Position numbers and translations under genes: made by a program. Below, one piece after another: positions 13,249 through 25,667 of a stretch of 64,000 nt of DNA; within the stretch, counting starts at the first letter, position 1, and the number at the start of each line of letters is the position of its first letter. Source of the DNA: Carcharhinus amblyrhynchos (taxonomy: Eukaryota); the NCBI GenBank assembly GCA_965287045.1, contig OZ336885.1, positions 32,302,001-32,366,000 on the forward strand, given 5' to 3'. The notes under the pieces are model-generated. The model worked only from the letters and a program-made list of their open reading frames with translations. It was not told the DNA's origin and ran no database searches.

Positions 13249-13945
13249 GACAATAGATCCTCATTGAATTAACCAAGGTAAATCATTGACACTTTGACTT
13301 ATTCATTGGTGTTACACCCATGTCAAATTGGAAAATATCTCCAGTGGACCTATCAGATTCTTTTACTGCTCTATGAACAATCTGTAGGCTCTAAGTATCC
13401 TATCTGCCCCAACATCCTCAAACGTTCATCTGAAATGGAAATCCGACGAGATATGAAATGCTTACACATTTGTGACATGTTCTTGGTGATCAATATTAAT
13501 GAGGCTACCACATCCAATACTGAATGAATGCATTTTAAAACAGCATTATCTTAACAGGGAGCTGTCCGGGAATGCCTGCACTGAAGTTGCATTAAGATGA
13601 TATCAGACTGCATTCCATGCTGCACAGTTGGAAAATGGTTGGCATTATCCATCTGAGGTAGCCTCTTCAGCTTGTGCACTACTTATCATAATTGCTTCCC
13701 ATTAAAATTAAGCCCAAGCCAAATGTAGCATATAAAACTCAAATGAACCAACCAATTACTCAACTAGAAACCAGAATGTTTACAAAACACTTACAAGTTA
13801 AAAGCTTGCATCATTGCAAAACCAGAGAAAAATAAAACTGTAGTCGTTCACTCTCAGTTGCATTAAGTTTTAAGCACCTTTTATTCACAATGTACTTTTC
13901 CGTTGAAGGGGAACAAATGCTTTATAGGTTTTGTACCTCATCCTG

Positions 13946-14003
13946 GTGGGTGGGGGCAGTAATTAGCCAACCGTTAGTTCAGCTAATTACAACCTCCACC
14001 CAC
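13946..14003. other. Inverted repeat / stem-loop with 22-bp arms in unique sequence
   Basis: GTGGGTGGGGGCAGTAATTAGC (13946-13967) pairs with GCTAATTACAACCTCCACCCAC (13982-14003); 20/22 pairs as RNA, counting one G-U. Confidence 0.8.
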
Positions 14004-14869
14004 ATAGAGCAGGTTCACAGTCTCCCTCCGCTTCACATTTACCAAAGGCGATTTCATCTTTTCAAATCACAATCACGTCGAACACGAAGCCTGTGGTCTC
14101 TCTCTCTCAATTTACATTTTTAAAATTATCCGTTATTAAAGTTTCAGCTTGCGTATCGCCGTGCGATGTGACATTTATGACAGCACTGGGAAATTACTAA
14201 CGCTCAACATTTAAAAAAAATCAACAAATTATTATGAGCAAGGAATATAAATAGGACAGCAAATTTTACTGAATTTTTTTTCTGTGTGGTGGAGAGAGAA
14301 GGGGGGTTTGAAAACATTAATTTTCTGTGAGGTCTGCGGTTGATCTTCATTTTAGTTAAATAAACAGACTTTTATGGCTTATGATGATATAAAGGGAAAC
14401 CACAGAGGACTGTACCCCACTGACAGCTAATGCGTCAATGAAGTTTGCTTGAAGTAGCTACCTGCATCTTAGCCTGCTGTTACTGCATACTCATGTCCAG
14501 AATCTTTATTTATCATAGGAGTTGCAAGAACCAGTTTAATCTGCCTGGGACTGTGCATCTTAAATCAATAATGTACAACAGCTCATAAGCACTGGTGGAT
14601 TCTGACCAGACTCTTTGGAATCACTACCTTCTTCAACATATGCTCGATCAGATTGAAATCTAATTTTGTGGGCGCACATTGATTGAAATGATTAAATAAC
14701 ACACAGCAGTTTTAGCACTGAATTCCTATTACTTCTTTCAAGCTACACTGGATTTTTAATAGACAATGGGGACACTTAACATCATTTTAAATCAGTTATT
14801 AATTCTACTTTATTTTAAACAAAAATATAGAGACCGAAATCTCAAAGCATAAGTTTTGAGTAATTCTAG

Positions 14870-16450
14870 AATCATAAAATGATAGAATAAATACAACACA
14901 TAAGAAGACCATTCATCCCACTGAGTCTACAAAAGCACCTTCAAAAAGCAATCCAGTTAGTCCTGTCCCTTTACCCCACATCATTCCAATGCACCTTCCA
15001 TCTTCAACCAATTCCCTTTAAAGGCTAAACCGGAAGTATTTCAACTACATTATCAAACAGTGCATTCCTAATGTTAACCATTTGTCCAAAATTGTTTTCT
15101 CTCATGTCACCTCTGTTTTTTTTCCCAAATCATCTTAAATCTGGTACATAACCTTGTAATGTGGAGATGCCGACGTTGGACTGGGGTAAACACAATAAGA
15201 AGTCCGACAACACCAGGTTTAAGTCGAACCGATTTATTTGATAGTAAACTCACCTCGAAAGCTTGTGAGTTTACTATCAAATAAATCGGTTGGACTTAAA
15301 CCTGGTGTTGTCTGACATAACCTTGTAACCATTGGAAACAGCTTATCTTCGTTTAGTTTACCTAAGCATTTCATTATTTTAACCACATCTAGTGTCTTAT
15401 GAACCTTGTCTTGACGTTAAATGCAAGGGTCCCAGAAGGGTAGCTTGGAACACCATTTCGCAGTGGTATCTGTGTTTTTTCTCACACCATGTGAAGAATG
15501 GTGTACAATCCAGTAAGGAAACAGTCCAGTCGTACAGTTGGGTTAAAATTAGATTTTTATATAGGTTCAGCATAATTTTCTGGCTTTTGTGCCCATATGC
15601 CTCAATCTATGATGCCTATGATCCCATTTGCCTTAAAAGCTTTGTTAAACTAGCTTCAATGATTTGTGCACTAAACATCCACAAGTCTCTCCCCTCCTGC
15701 ACTCTCTTTAAAACTGTCCACTGAACAAGATCTCCTGAGCTCATTATTCCTGCCTAGATATATCACTTCACATTTTCCTCCATTGATTTTATCTGCTGTC
15801 TGTCCACCCATCCAACAAGCCTATCTACGCCTTCTTGAAATCTATTCTTCACAGTTTATAACACTTCCAAATTTTGCTCCATCTGCAACTTTTGAAGTAG
15901 TGATCTGTACCCTCAGGTTCAAGTCATTAATGTTTATCAAAAACAGCAGTGGTGCTAGTACTGGTCCCTGGGGAACGCCACTTTACGCTTCGCTCCAGTT
16001 TGAAGAGCAGCCATTCATCGGGATTCTGTTAAATATCGCTCAGCCTATTTTGTAGCTATGATGCTGCTGTCCCTTTTATCCCATGAGCTGCAACTGTGGT
16101 ATTAAAACCTATTATGTGATATTTTATCAAGCGCTTTTTGAAGCAGCAACTGTACTGCCCTCATCCACCCTCTATGTTAAACCAATAAAAAACGCAATCA
16201 GGTTAGTCAAACACAATTTGCCCTGAACAAATCCATGCTGACTCCCTTTTATTAGTCCATACTTGTCCAAGTGATTTGTTAATTTTCTCCTAGATTATTG
16301 TTTCTAAAAGCTTTCCCATACTGATGTTAAGCTGACTGACCTGTAATTGCCAAGTTTATCCTTCTACTCTTCATTGAACAGGAGTGTAATAATAGCAATC
16401 CTCCAGCTCTTTGGCACCATCCTGGTATCGACATTGGAATATGGATTAAA
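14870..16450 (-). mobile_element. Old, heavily decayed CR1 LINE (RT to 3' end)
   Basis: Reverse complement contains GVPQGPVLAPLLFLININD-like and MVPKSWRIAIITLLF-like segments; TAGAATCA tail near 14870. Confidence 0.75.
15160..15314. mobile_element. Palindromic miniature Penelope-like insertion with a 14-bp target-site duplication
   Basis: Arms 15206-15253 and 15265-15312 are 47/48 complementary. Flanked by ACATAACCTTGTAA at 15146-15159 and 15315-15328. Starts with TGTGGAGATGCCGACGTTGGACTGGGGTAAACAC, which I recall as a shark Penelope-type terminus. Confidence 0.85.
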
Positions 16451-16759
16451 AGGATCATTTGCCAACCGAATAAAATTGCTCCAACTTGGTCTTTTAAAAT
16501 AGTTAAACACTTTGATCAATTTCAAATAGCATCTCTGGTTACTGTAATTAATGGTCAGCAAACAAAATAGCAAAACGAGTGAGGATTTAAGCACATCAAT
16601 AACTATAGGAGAGTGATGAGACAGCGCCTTTTGTTATGGAAGTTCTTTTGATTTTTATCCTTTTATCCTTTTATCTTTTATCAAGTGTAGAAGGTGAACA
16701 AAAATTCACAACCATATACGCCCTGCATTCAAACCATTTCCTTAACCTCTAGTATAGAA

Positions 16760-16880
16760 GCAAAGTACCATGGATGCTGGAAATCAGAAATAAAAAGGAA
16801 AAGGCTGGAAATATTCAGCAGGCCTGGCAGCATCTGTGGAGAAAGAAGCAGAGTTAACATTTCAGATGGATGATCTGAAA
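16760..16880. mobile_element. Short Penelope-type terminal-repeat fragment (complementary pieces at ~17375-17440 and ~59030-59130)
   Basis: GATGCTGGAAATC...CAGCAGGCCTGGCAGCATCTGTGGAGA; the reverse-complement motif CTCCACAGATGCT recurs at the two other sites. Confidence 0.55.
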
Positions 16881-17457
16881 CAATGGGCTAGATTATCATC
16901 CTCAATTTAGGTAAATGGCCAACTGCACTCGGGAAAGTACTAGGTTTGGCCCATTTGTCTTGGGAGAAACTGTGAGGAAAGATGGGATCTTCATTGTGGA
17001 GTGCAGGGTGTGGGTTTCAGTACCTATTACCCCTCATGGCACTCATGGCAAGCTATTGCATTTTCATGCACAACTACCAGCTGTATGGAATGAATGAACC
17101 CTATACCGAAAATAGGATGTGTAGAAAAAGCTTTAAAAAACTCACTGATAACTTTTCATCTTCTTAAAAAAATCATTTTACTTCAGGCCAAAAGAAGTGT
17201 CAATTCATCCAGATGTTTGAAAGTATCAATGGCTGAAACTGCAAGCACTGGACATCTCTTTATCTTGTGTAAATAAACACATTGACAGAAGAGGTCAAAA
17301 AGACAGAGCGCTCAATCAAGCAATGTTTTTCTAAGGGACTCAGGTCTTTCAATACTCTAACACAGGCATGGGCTTGGTTTCCTCCTCCACAGATGCTCAA
17401 GGACTTGGTGAATAGTTACAGCATTTTCGGTTTTGATTTCATGTTCTTCTTGGACGT

Positions 17458-17825
17458 TCTTTATTCATTCATGGGTCGCGGGCATTGCTGGCTGCCCATC
17501 CCTAGCCATCCTTGAACTAAGTGGCCTGCCAGACCATTTCAGATGGCAGCTGAAAGTCAACCACATTGCTGTGGCTCTGGAGTCACATGTAAGTATGTAG
17601 GCCAGACCAGGTAAGGACATCACATTTCCTTCCCTAAAGGACATTAGTGAACCAGATGGTTTTTCTTTCAACAATTAACATCAGTAGGCTACTAATTCCA
17701 TTTTTGTTTATTGAATTCAAATTCCACCGTCTGCTGTGGTGGGATTGGAACCCAGGCCTCCAGAACATTAACAGATGTTCTGGATTACTAGTCGAGCAAT
17801 AATACTACATGGCCATCACCTCCGC
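17458..17825 (-). mobile_element. tRNA-derived SINE with CR1-family-B tail
   Basis: Reverse complement aligns with 47080-47475 (CCATCTGGTTCACTAATGTCCTTTAGGGAAGGAAA; ACAGCAATGTGGTTGAC). Confidence 0.85.
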
Positions 17826-19438
17826 TTATTGGTTTCATATTCTGAGGTATGAACTGATTTGTGTAGTGCCACTTCTAACTTCAATGATTATTAAAGAATG
17901 CTGCACAGGCTGTACATGTGGCAGCCCTCACCGCTGCCTACTTCTAATAAATTGTGAGCCTGCGTACCACCACATCAATTACTATAACTCCCTCAGTATT
18001 TACACTGTGTTACAGATGTGATGACATTAACGACCATCAGTCCCTTTTTTTATCCCATCAAACGTTATTTTGATAGATCAATCAACATCATGCATAGTAA
18101 TGTGAGATGATTCACCCCCATTCATTCTGTATTATATTTTACAATGGGGATCAATTACCTCATTAAGAGTATAAAATCTTCTTTAAACATTTTGCATCCT
18201 TGCTTGTTTTAATTAAAACAAAGCATATTTTACAGAGGGAAGTTCTTATTCACATCTTTATTATTCTGCTAAGGATATGAACTTTATTTGAACGAGGCCA
18301 TATCTGCAGGATTCATTGTGTATGTCTAATTCAGCCAAACACTGATCTGTTAGATGAAAAAAAAACTTAATCCCATGATCATTTTAATGTTTGTCATTTG
18401 AGTGAAGAAAACTTCACAGCAAAAAACCACTGCAATCATTATTTGACCTACTAGTCAATCTTATTAGGAAAACTCGAATAAGTAATGCATTTCGCAGACT
18501 TTACAGATTTAATTCCATTTGAAGCACAGTTGAAAATGTTTGAAATAAGCTTTTAACTGTTTGAGAATTCAGAACAGTCTCTATCACTCTGGTCAGCTTG
18601 ATTTACTCCACAATTATTCAAGCATCTATACTATATTTATAACGTTAAAAATCTTGCAACTCAATGTACCTCCCGTTTGATACGAATGACCTTCTGCTGT
18701 CATATTTTGCAACTTTTATGTATCAACATTCCATTATGAATTCCTGATCCACAATTATACTCAAAAAATTCCGATCTCATCGTGACACAGTGACTGTGCA
18801 ATCTAGTGATGGGTTCCTGCAATTCTCTCAAACCTTACCCTTTCACTGTTATGCCTCTGCAGTTAATGTACAAATTAACGTTAATAAAAAATGCAAAACA
18901 ATTGCATTCTCCACAATAATATCATTAGCAATATTGAATATTTTAGCCCTGATTTTACGGCGGGCATTCCCCATTGGACTTGGGCACGATTTTACGAACC
19001 TCGGCCGGGCGTGCCAGTAAAATTCCAATCTTTGTTTTTTGCATTTCTTTCTTTTGATTACTTCATTTTTTAAAGTCAAGGTCAAAACCACTCTGAAAAG
19101 CTTTGGCTTAAGGTTGATGTTTATGCTTTGGACTGTGGTATTATGAGCTGAACATACATTCTGAGCACGTGCAGTATACTTAATTGCTCAGGGTACATGA
19201 GTTTCACGCAGTCAGATTCTACTAAACTTCCATTTTGCTTTATTCTAGTGGGAACTGATATCTTTCAGCTTGGCATTGTTTTCTGACTGGCCTCAACCAT
19301 AAGATCAGTGCATACTATTATTGACCTATTGAAAGTAATAATGCAAAGAATGCTTCAGAAGTGGGAGGGCACCATGGTCGGCATGGATCGGTTGGGCTGA
19401 AGGGCATGTTTCTGTGCTGTATTGCTCTATGATTCTAT

Positions 19439-19565
19439 GGGTGGGATTTTCCTGCCAAGCTCACCCCAAGGCCGGAAAATCTCATCTGAGGTCAATGGAC
19501 CTTTGCATGGTCTGTGTCCTGCATGCTACAGTTTCCATGACGGGCAGGATGGTAAAATTCCACCC
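19439..19565 (+). mobile_element. ~125-bp MITE copy 2
   Basis: TIRs GGGTGGGATTTT ... AAAATTCCACCC; core GTCAATGGACCTTTGCATGGTC. Confidence 0.8.
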
Positions 19566-19629
19566 TTTGACCTTAACTGGCTCCGTAACTCATTTTAGCC
19601 CCTTAAAAATAAAGATAGGTGGAAGAGCA

Positions 19630-19990
19630 ATGTGGATTTATACAGTGCCTTTAAATGCAGTAAATGCATCCTCAGGCACTTCACAGAAGCATTGCCAAAC
19701 AAAATGTAAGGAGGCAGCCAACTGATTGGCCATAGGAGTATCCTAAAGAAGCATATTAAAGCACGAGAGAGAGATCAATTAGTGGAGAAATTTAAGAAGG
19801 GAATGCTAGAGCTTAGTGCGTAGGCGTTGAAGATAAGGCCACCAATGGTGAGGCACGGGAGATCTGGAATGCTCGAGAGGCCATAATTGGAAGAATGCAA
19901 AGTGCTTGGAGGACTCGCAATAGAAAGGGGTCAAGACCTGGAAGGATTTTGAACAAAACAGTGAAAATTGTAAATTCCATTTGTTCCAAT
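19630..19990 (-). mobile_element. L2-like LINE 3' fragment
   Basis: ATTTATACAGTGCCTTTAA (reverse of the TAAAGGCGCTATATAAAT L2-type tail) and AGGGAATGCTAGAGCTTAG...CACCAATGGTG segments. Confidence 0.55.
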
Positions 19991-20144
19991 TAACAAGACC
20001 ATAGGAGATTCACTGCTGAATTGAATTATACTGAATCAACTTAGTTAAGTTAAAAGTCCGTTTTTTGACTATAATTCCCTAGGATTAGAACTGTGTTGCA
20101 ATAAACACACAGCATGTCTTGGAATGTTTAACATTAATTATAAA

Positions 20145-23100
20145 AATACAAGAACACAATAAATAGGAGCAGAAAACATGGCCCACCAAGATTGGTCTGT
20201 CATTCAATATGATCACGACTGAGCTTGAGTTGCAACTCTGCTTTTCTGTCCACTCCCCATTTCCCTCAATTTCTGATGGAATCCCTCTGGATCTTAAATG
20301 TTTCAAAGAAATTGTCACTCATGCTTCTAAACTCCAATGGATACAGGTTTAACTTGTCCAACATTCCCTCATAGGTTAACCCCCTCATTTTAGGGATCAG
20401 CCAAGTAAACCTTCTTTGAATTGCTTCTAATGAAATGATCTCCTTTCTTAAATAAGGAGATCAAATCTGTATGCAGTGCTCCAAATGTAGTCTCACCAAT
20501 ACCCTGTATATCCGTGGCAATCCATCCCTACTTTTATACTCCATCCTGCCTACAATCAAGGACAATATTCCATTTGCCGAATGAATCACTTGCTGTATCT
20601 ACAATGTGATTCATAAAAATCTCTTCCTGCTTAAATAATATGCTTTTTTTTATTCTTCCTGCCAAAAAGGACAAGTTCACATTTTTCCACATGATATACC
20701 ATCTGTCAAATTTTTGTTCATTCACTTAAACTATCAATATCCCTTTGCAAATGTCCTCTTCACAACTTATTTCCTTAAATATCAATGTCTTATTAGCAAA
20801 TTTAGCAACAATACATTCAATCACACCATCCAATGCATTGATATAGCTTTTAAATAGTTGATGCCCCAGTTCCTGTGGAACTTCACTCAGTCCATCTTGC
20901 CAACCTGAAAATGATTCATTTGTGCCCACTCTCTTATTTCCTATTAAGTCATCAAACCTCTCTTCATGATAATGTTCTCTCTAGCATCATGAGTTCTTAT
21001 TTAATGTAGTAACCTTTGATGTGACACCTGAGCAAATACCTTTTGGAAATCCATGTACATCACAGTCACAGATTCCCCTTTACCCATGGTGTTTGTTACT
21101 TCCTCAAAGAACACTAATGAATTAGCCAAACATCCTTTCACAAAACCATGTTGACTCTGCCTGATTGCATTGAGATTTTCTAGATGTTCCACTATAACAT
21201 CCTTAATAATAGATTCCAGCATTTTTGTTAGACTGCCCCCCACCCCCTCCAGCCAGGGGAACCATCATCCCTGCATCCTGTCTGTCCAGCCATGCCTGAA
21301 TTTTAAACATTTCAATTACAAAATAAAGGCATTATATTCACTACTTTTCAATCTGGAGGGACCTTTTCAACATCGATGGAATTTTGGAAAACAAACACAA
21401 AGCATCTACTATCTCAACAGTCGTTTCCTTTCAGATCCTAGGATGAAGTCCATCAGGACCCGGGGACTTGTAAGCTTTTAGTTTTAATAATTCTCTCAGT
21501 AACTTTTCCATGATGATTAATTTTGTTTTAAATTCATCCCCCCATTTCACCTCTTATGCTAATTTTGGGATATCATCTATATCCCTACAGTGAAGATAGA
21601 TGCAAAGTATCTGTTCAATTCATCTGCTATTTCCTTATTTTCCACTATTAACTTTCCAGCCTACTCTGTAGAAAATCAACACTCACTTTTTTTTATTTTC
21701 CATTTTAAATAGCTGTGGAAACTCTTACCATCTGTCCTTATATTTCTGCCATCTTTCTCTCATACTCTAATTTCTCCTTTTTTTTAGAAGACCACAAGAC
21801 CATAAGACATAGAAGCAGAATTAGGCCACTCAGCCCATCGAGTCTGCTCCACCATTCAATCATGGCTGATATTTTTCTCATCCCCATTCTCCTGCCTTTT
21901 CCCCATAACCCCTGATCCCCTTATTAGTCAACAACCTATCTATCTCTACCTTAAAGACACTTAATGACCTGGCCTCCACAACTTTCTGCAGCAAAGTTCC
22001 ACAGACTCACCACTCTCTGGTTGAAGAAATTCCACCTCACCTCTGTTTTGAAGGATCGTCCCTTTTGCCTGAGATTGTGTCCTCTGGTTCTAGTTTTCCC
22101 ACGAGTGGAAACATCCTCTCCATGTCCACTCTATCCAGGCCTCGCAGTATTCTGTAAGTTTCAATAAGATCCCCCCTCATCCTTCCAAACTCCAACAAGT
22201 ACAGACCCAGTGTCCTCAACTGTTCCTCATACGACAAACAATTAATTCCAGGGATCATTGATGCAACCTCCTCTAGACTCTTTACAAGGCCAACACATCC
22301 TTCCTTAGATAAGGGGCCAAAGCTGCTCACGATACTCCAAACGGGGTCTGACCAGAACATTATACAGTCTCAGAAGTACATCCCCGCTCTTATATTCTAC
22401 CCTCTTAACATGAATGCTAACAATTCCATGTTTTTTACATTTTGTCCAACCTTCTAACTTGCCACGAATCTTTGCGAAATTATATGATTTTTCTTTCAAT
22501 TTGTTGCTATCTTTAACTTTCTTAATTAGCCATGGATGGTACATTCTTCCCCTAGAGGTTTTTGTCTCTCAGTGGGATTGTATCTTTGGTGAGTGCTACA
22601 TGTATGCCATTAAATCTCTACTGGCTTATCCCTTAACCTAATTTCCCAGTTCACTTTCATGAGCTCTGTCTTTATGCCCACATGATTTACTATCAGAGCT
22701 TTGTCATTCTGTCCGTCACCTGAAATATTGTGTAACCTGGAATATTAATTTTCAACCTTAATCAGCTTGTAACCATGTTTCTGTAATGTTGATTAGATCT
22801 AAATCATTTCCCTCTATTTGTGCCACAAGTTCATCCATCACTTGCAGATGCTTCATGCATTCAGATAATGAATCTTTAATTTCATTTTTACTCCGGTTCC
22901 CTGTAATGACCTTCTTCATGGATGTGCAATTTTTGCTAAACTCTCTATCCCCACCTGTCCCCATTCCTTTTCCTTGACCCACATTGCAAGACTGCTTCAC
23001 TATTCTGATGCCTCGACCTTTCTCTTTGGATGTTAAAATCTTCCTTCACTCAAGCCCTCTCCTCAGCCCCTTTGTTGGTTTGAAGTGATGTTCACAGGTT

Positions 23101-23930
23101 GAGTTATGAGTGGCCAGGACACTGGTCCCAGCCGGCTTTAAGTAAGCCAATCCCAACAGATTAACTCACTCTTCCCTGAGTACACGAATCAAAATTACAC
23201 TTAAAATTCTCTCATCAGCTTGATTCTATGCTGACTGTTAAGTGGCTCAGGTGACAATTCTCTTTGATGCTTTGTGTTTTATGTTAGCCCCAACTCCTCA
23301 AATTCCCTGAGCAGGACATCATTCCTGGTTCGATTAATGTTGTTGGTTCCCACCTGGACGAAGAACACTGGATCCTGCCTCTCCCACTGCAAGTTTCCCT
23401 CCAGTCATATGAAGATGGTCTCAACTCTAGTAACCTTTAGAGCTCCCCGTCAAGCTAGGAGAGAACAGTAATCAATCCTCCTGACTATAATGTCTCCAAA
23501 TACTATCACATTCTTCTGAACACCCCACACATGAATAGCATCCTCCACCATGTTTCCATGTTCAATGCACTCATCCATCTTGCAGTCTTTGTCTTCATCC
23601 ATACAGACCTCTTCCATCTGGTTGACCAAGTCAGGTGCTGAGGCTCCCCCAACACTATTTGCTGATTTCCTATATTTTCCTGACTTGCAGTCACACCCTC
23701 CTGTCCCTGACAATGGACTGACTCCAAAGTTCAGTCCAGCCTAAAGGTGTGGTGGAATAAAGCCTCCTGGAATAAAATATCCAGGTAACTCTCCCCCGTC
23801 CTGCTGTGTCGCAGTGTCTGCAGCTCAGCTTCCACCTCAGTGATTGTAAGGTGACGTCCCTTAAGCCACAGACACCATATTTACCTTGGATCACATCTGT
23901 GATCACACCTAAATTATCATATCGAAATTT
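20145..23930 (-). mobile_element. Long decayed CR1 LINE (ORF1 esterase-like region, APE start, RT, 3' UTR)
   Basis: Minus-strand pieces NVIVFGDIIVRRID (ORF1 GDS-type), DLDLINITETWL (APE), QSQHGFVKG..YMDFQKVFAQVSH and VAKFANKT (RT). Confidence 0.85.
21786..22415 (-). mobile_element. Younger CR1 3' fragment nested in the older CR1
   Basis: VEYKSGDVLLRLYNVLVRPRLEY and LSYEEQLRTLGLYLLEFGRMRGDLIETYRIL; ACCATAAG tail repeats at ~21790. Confidence 0.85.
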
Positions 23931-23950
23931 GACTATAAAATGCTATAATC

Positions 23951-24276
23951 GGTGGCACAGTGGTTAGCACTGCTGCCTCACGGTGCTAGGAACTCGGGTT
24001 CAAGACCCAGGTGCAAATCCTGGCTTAGGTCACTGTCTGTGTGGAGTTTGCACATTCTCCCCGTATCTGTGTGGGTTTCCTCTGTGTGCTTCCGTTTCCT
24101 CCCACAGTCCAAAGACATGCGGGTTAGGTGAAATGGCCATGCTAAGTTGCCCCTTAATGTCAGGGGGGATAACTAGGGTAAATGCATGGTGTTATAGGGA
24201 AAGGGTCCAGGTGGGATTGTGGCCGGTGCAGACTTGATGGGCCGAATGGCCTCCTTCTGCACTGCAGGATTCTACA
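23951..24276 (+). mobile_element. HE1-type V-SINE (tRNA-derived head, V domain, HER1/CR1 tail)
   Basis: A-box TGGCACAGTGG, B-box-like GGTGCAAATCC, V-domain GTGGGTTTCCTC..GTTTCCTCCCACAGTCCAAAGA, tail GATGGGCCGAATGGCCTCCTTCTGCACTG. Confidence 0.9.
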
Positions 24277-25667
24277 ACAGCAATGTGACATAGCACAATC
24301 CAATGAAAACTAAAATCTTAAAAACCTACATGTTTTTTAAATAAGATTTATTTGTAATCTTTTCCCGCATCCAATTAACAATTCTAACACCTCAACTGAT
24401 ATATTGCACTGAAAATGCTTATTTGTCACATTTTTATACTATTTATACATCTGGACCATTTTGCATCACAAAGCATATTCCCTCAGCTTTTTGTTAATCT
24501 GTTTATACTCTGTAGCTGGTTGTTGTGCAGATTCTGTTTTAAAAAAGAAATGCTCAGATCAGAGAAAATGCAGTTCCTGGAGGGACTCAGCAGCAGGACT
24601 TGCATAATTGGACCTGCATTGATTAAACTACTTCACATGTTACTCAGGAGCTAATTTTTCCCCACAGGGTAGAAAGCTTTTGGGAAAGTCAATTGTAGAT
24701 GATGCAAAATGCGGGTGGGGGAGGGAGGGGCGGAGGCGGCAGTTGGTGGTGAGGGGAGACAAACTCTATTGTCTGGAATACAGAAATCTCTCTCTCCAAA
24801 CATATTAATTCCAGCTTTCTTTTACAGGTTTGGAAAAAATGGATCAAAGCTGGTAAAAATCTAACAATTTTGTTACTTTTATTCAATAATGCTGAATAAA
24901 AATCCTGGCACCTCTCAAAAACAGTTTTGCCATACGTTGTAATATATCTTTCATTCCAATTGGTGTCAAAAGAAAATTGAACCATACATTCAAAGCCTTT
25001 AAAACCTCTTAATCCTGTCAGGATGATTGTTGCTTTCACTGAAGAGAAATAAACACAAGCTTACAATTTATTCACATACTGAGTATGTACAAAGACTGCA
25101 GAAACGCTCCGTGTGCTTTCAGCAATTATACAATCTGACAAAATTTTTCTTTTCTTCTCTCACTCTTTTCTGCTCTGCTTTTTTGGGGTATTACTCCATG
25201 AGCAAGGGATTCCTACAGGAAGCAACATCACAATTAAGCCAAATTATCTTCACATTGAAGGTCCAAGTTGCCAACTTCCAACAGCATTCCCTGGGTAGTG
25301 ATCAGCGGCCACAATGCTGAATGATGCTGCACGTTCTGATCTAACAGCTCTGTAATAATAACTGTAATACTGCCATTCCAATGAGAGTAACTGGGTTAGT
25401 ACAACTTGTGACTTTTCTGACCTGGATGGCACAACTATTCACTGTGCAAATTTGCTGAACTGCAGGAGAGTCCAATGTAATCGTTAGTCAAACTCAACAA
25501 ATTTTTTGGCAATGTAAGAAAAGAGTATGCATTTTTCCAGTTAACACAACCCCCTCACTCCCGACAACCACCACCTGCCTTCTCATGACAAAACTGCACC
25601 TAATTTGTGCTGGATTCACTGTCACTGAATTTGTCTTGTTAAAAGTGCAACATGAATTTAGCCACAG

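Noticed and set aside
13935-14100. Resemblance of the hairpin (GTGGGTGG...CCCACCCACCAGGATG on the minus strand) to the AMPA-receptor GRIA R/G editing stem-loop
   Set aside because: The adjacent sequence does not encode the GRIA exon (..GYGIATPKGS.LR) on either strand and has stops in all minus-strand frames after the nearest AG. The similarity is limited to G-rich ends.
23951-24030. tRNA-like A/B boxes here and at other SINE heads
   Set aside because: These are SINE internal promoters with no complete cloverleaf, so they are not tRNA genes.
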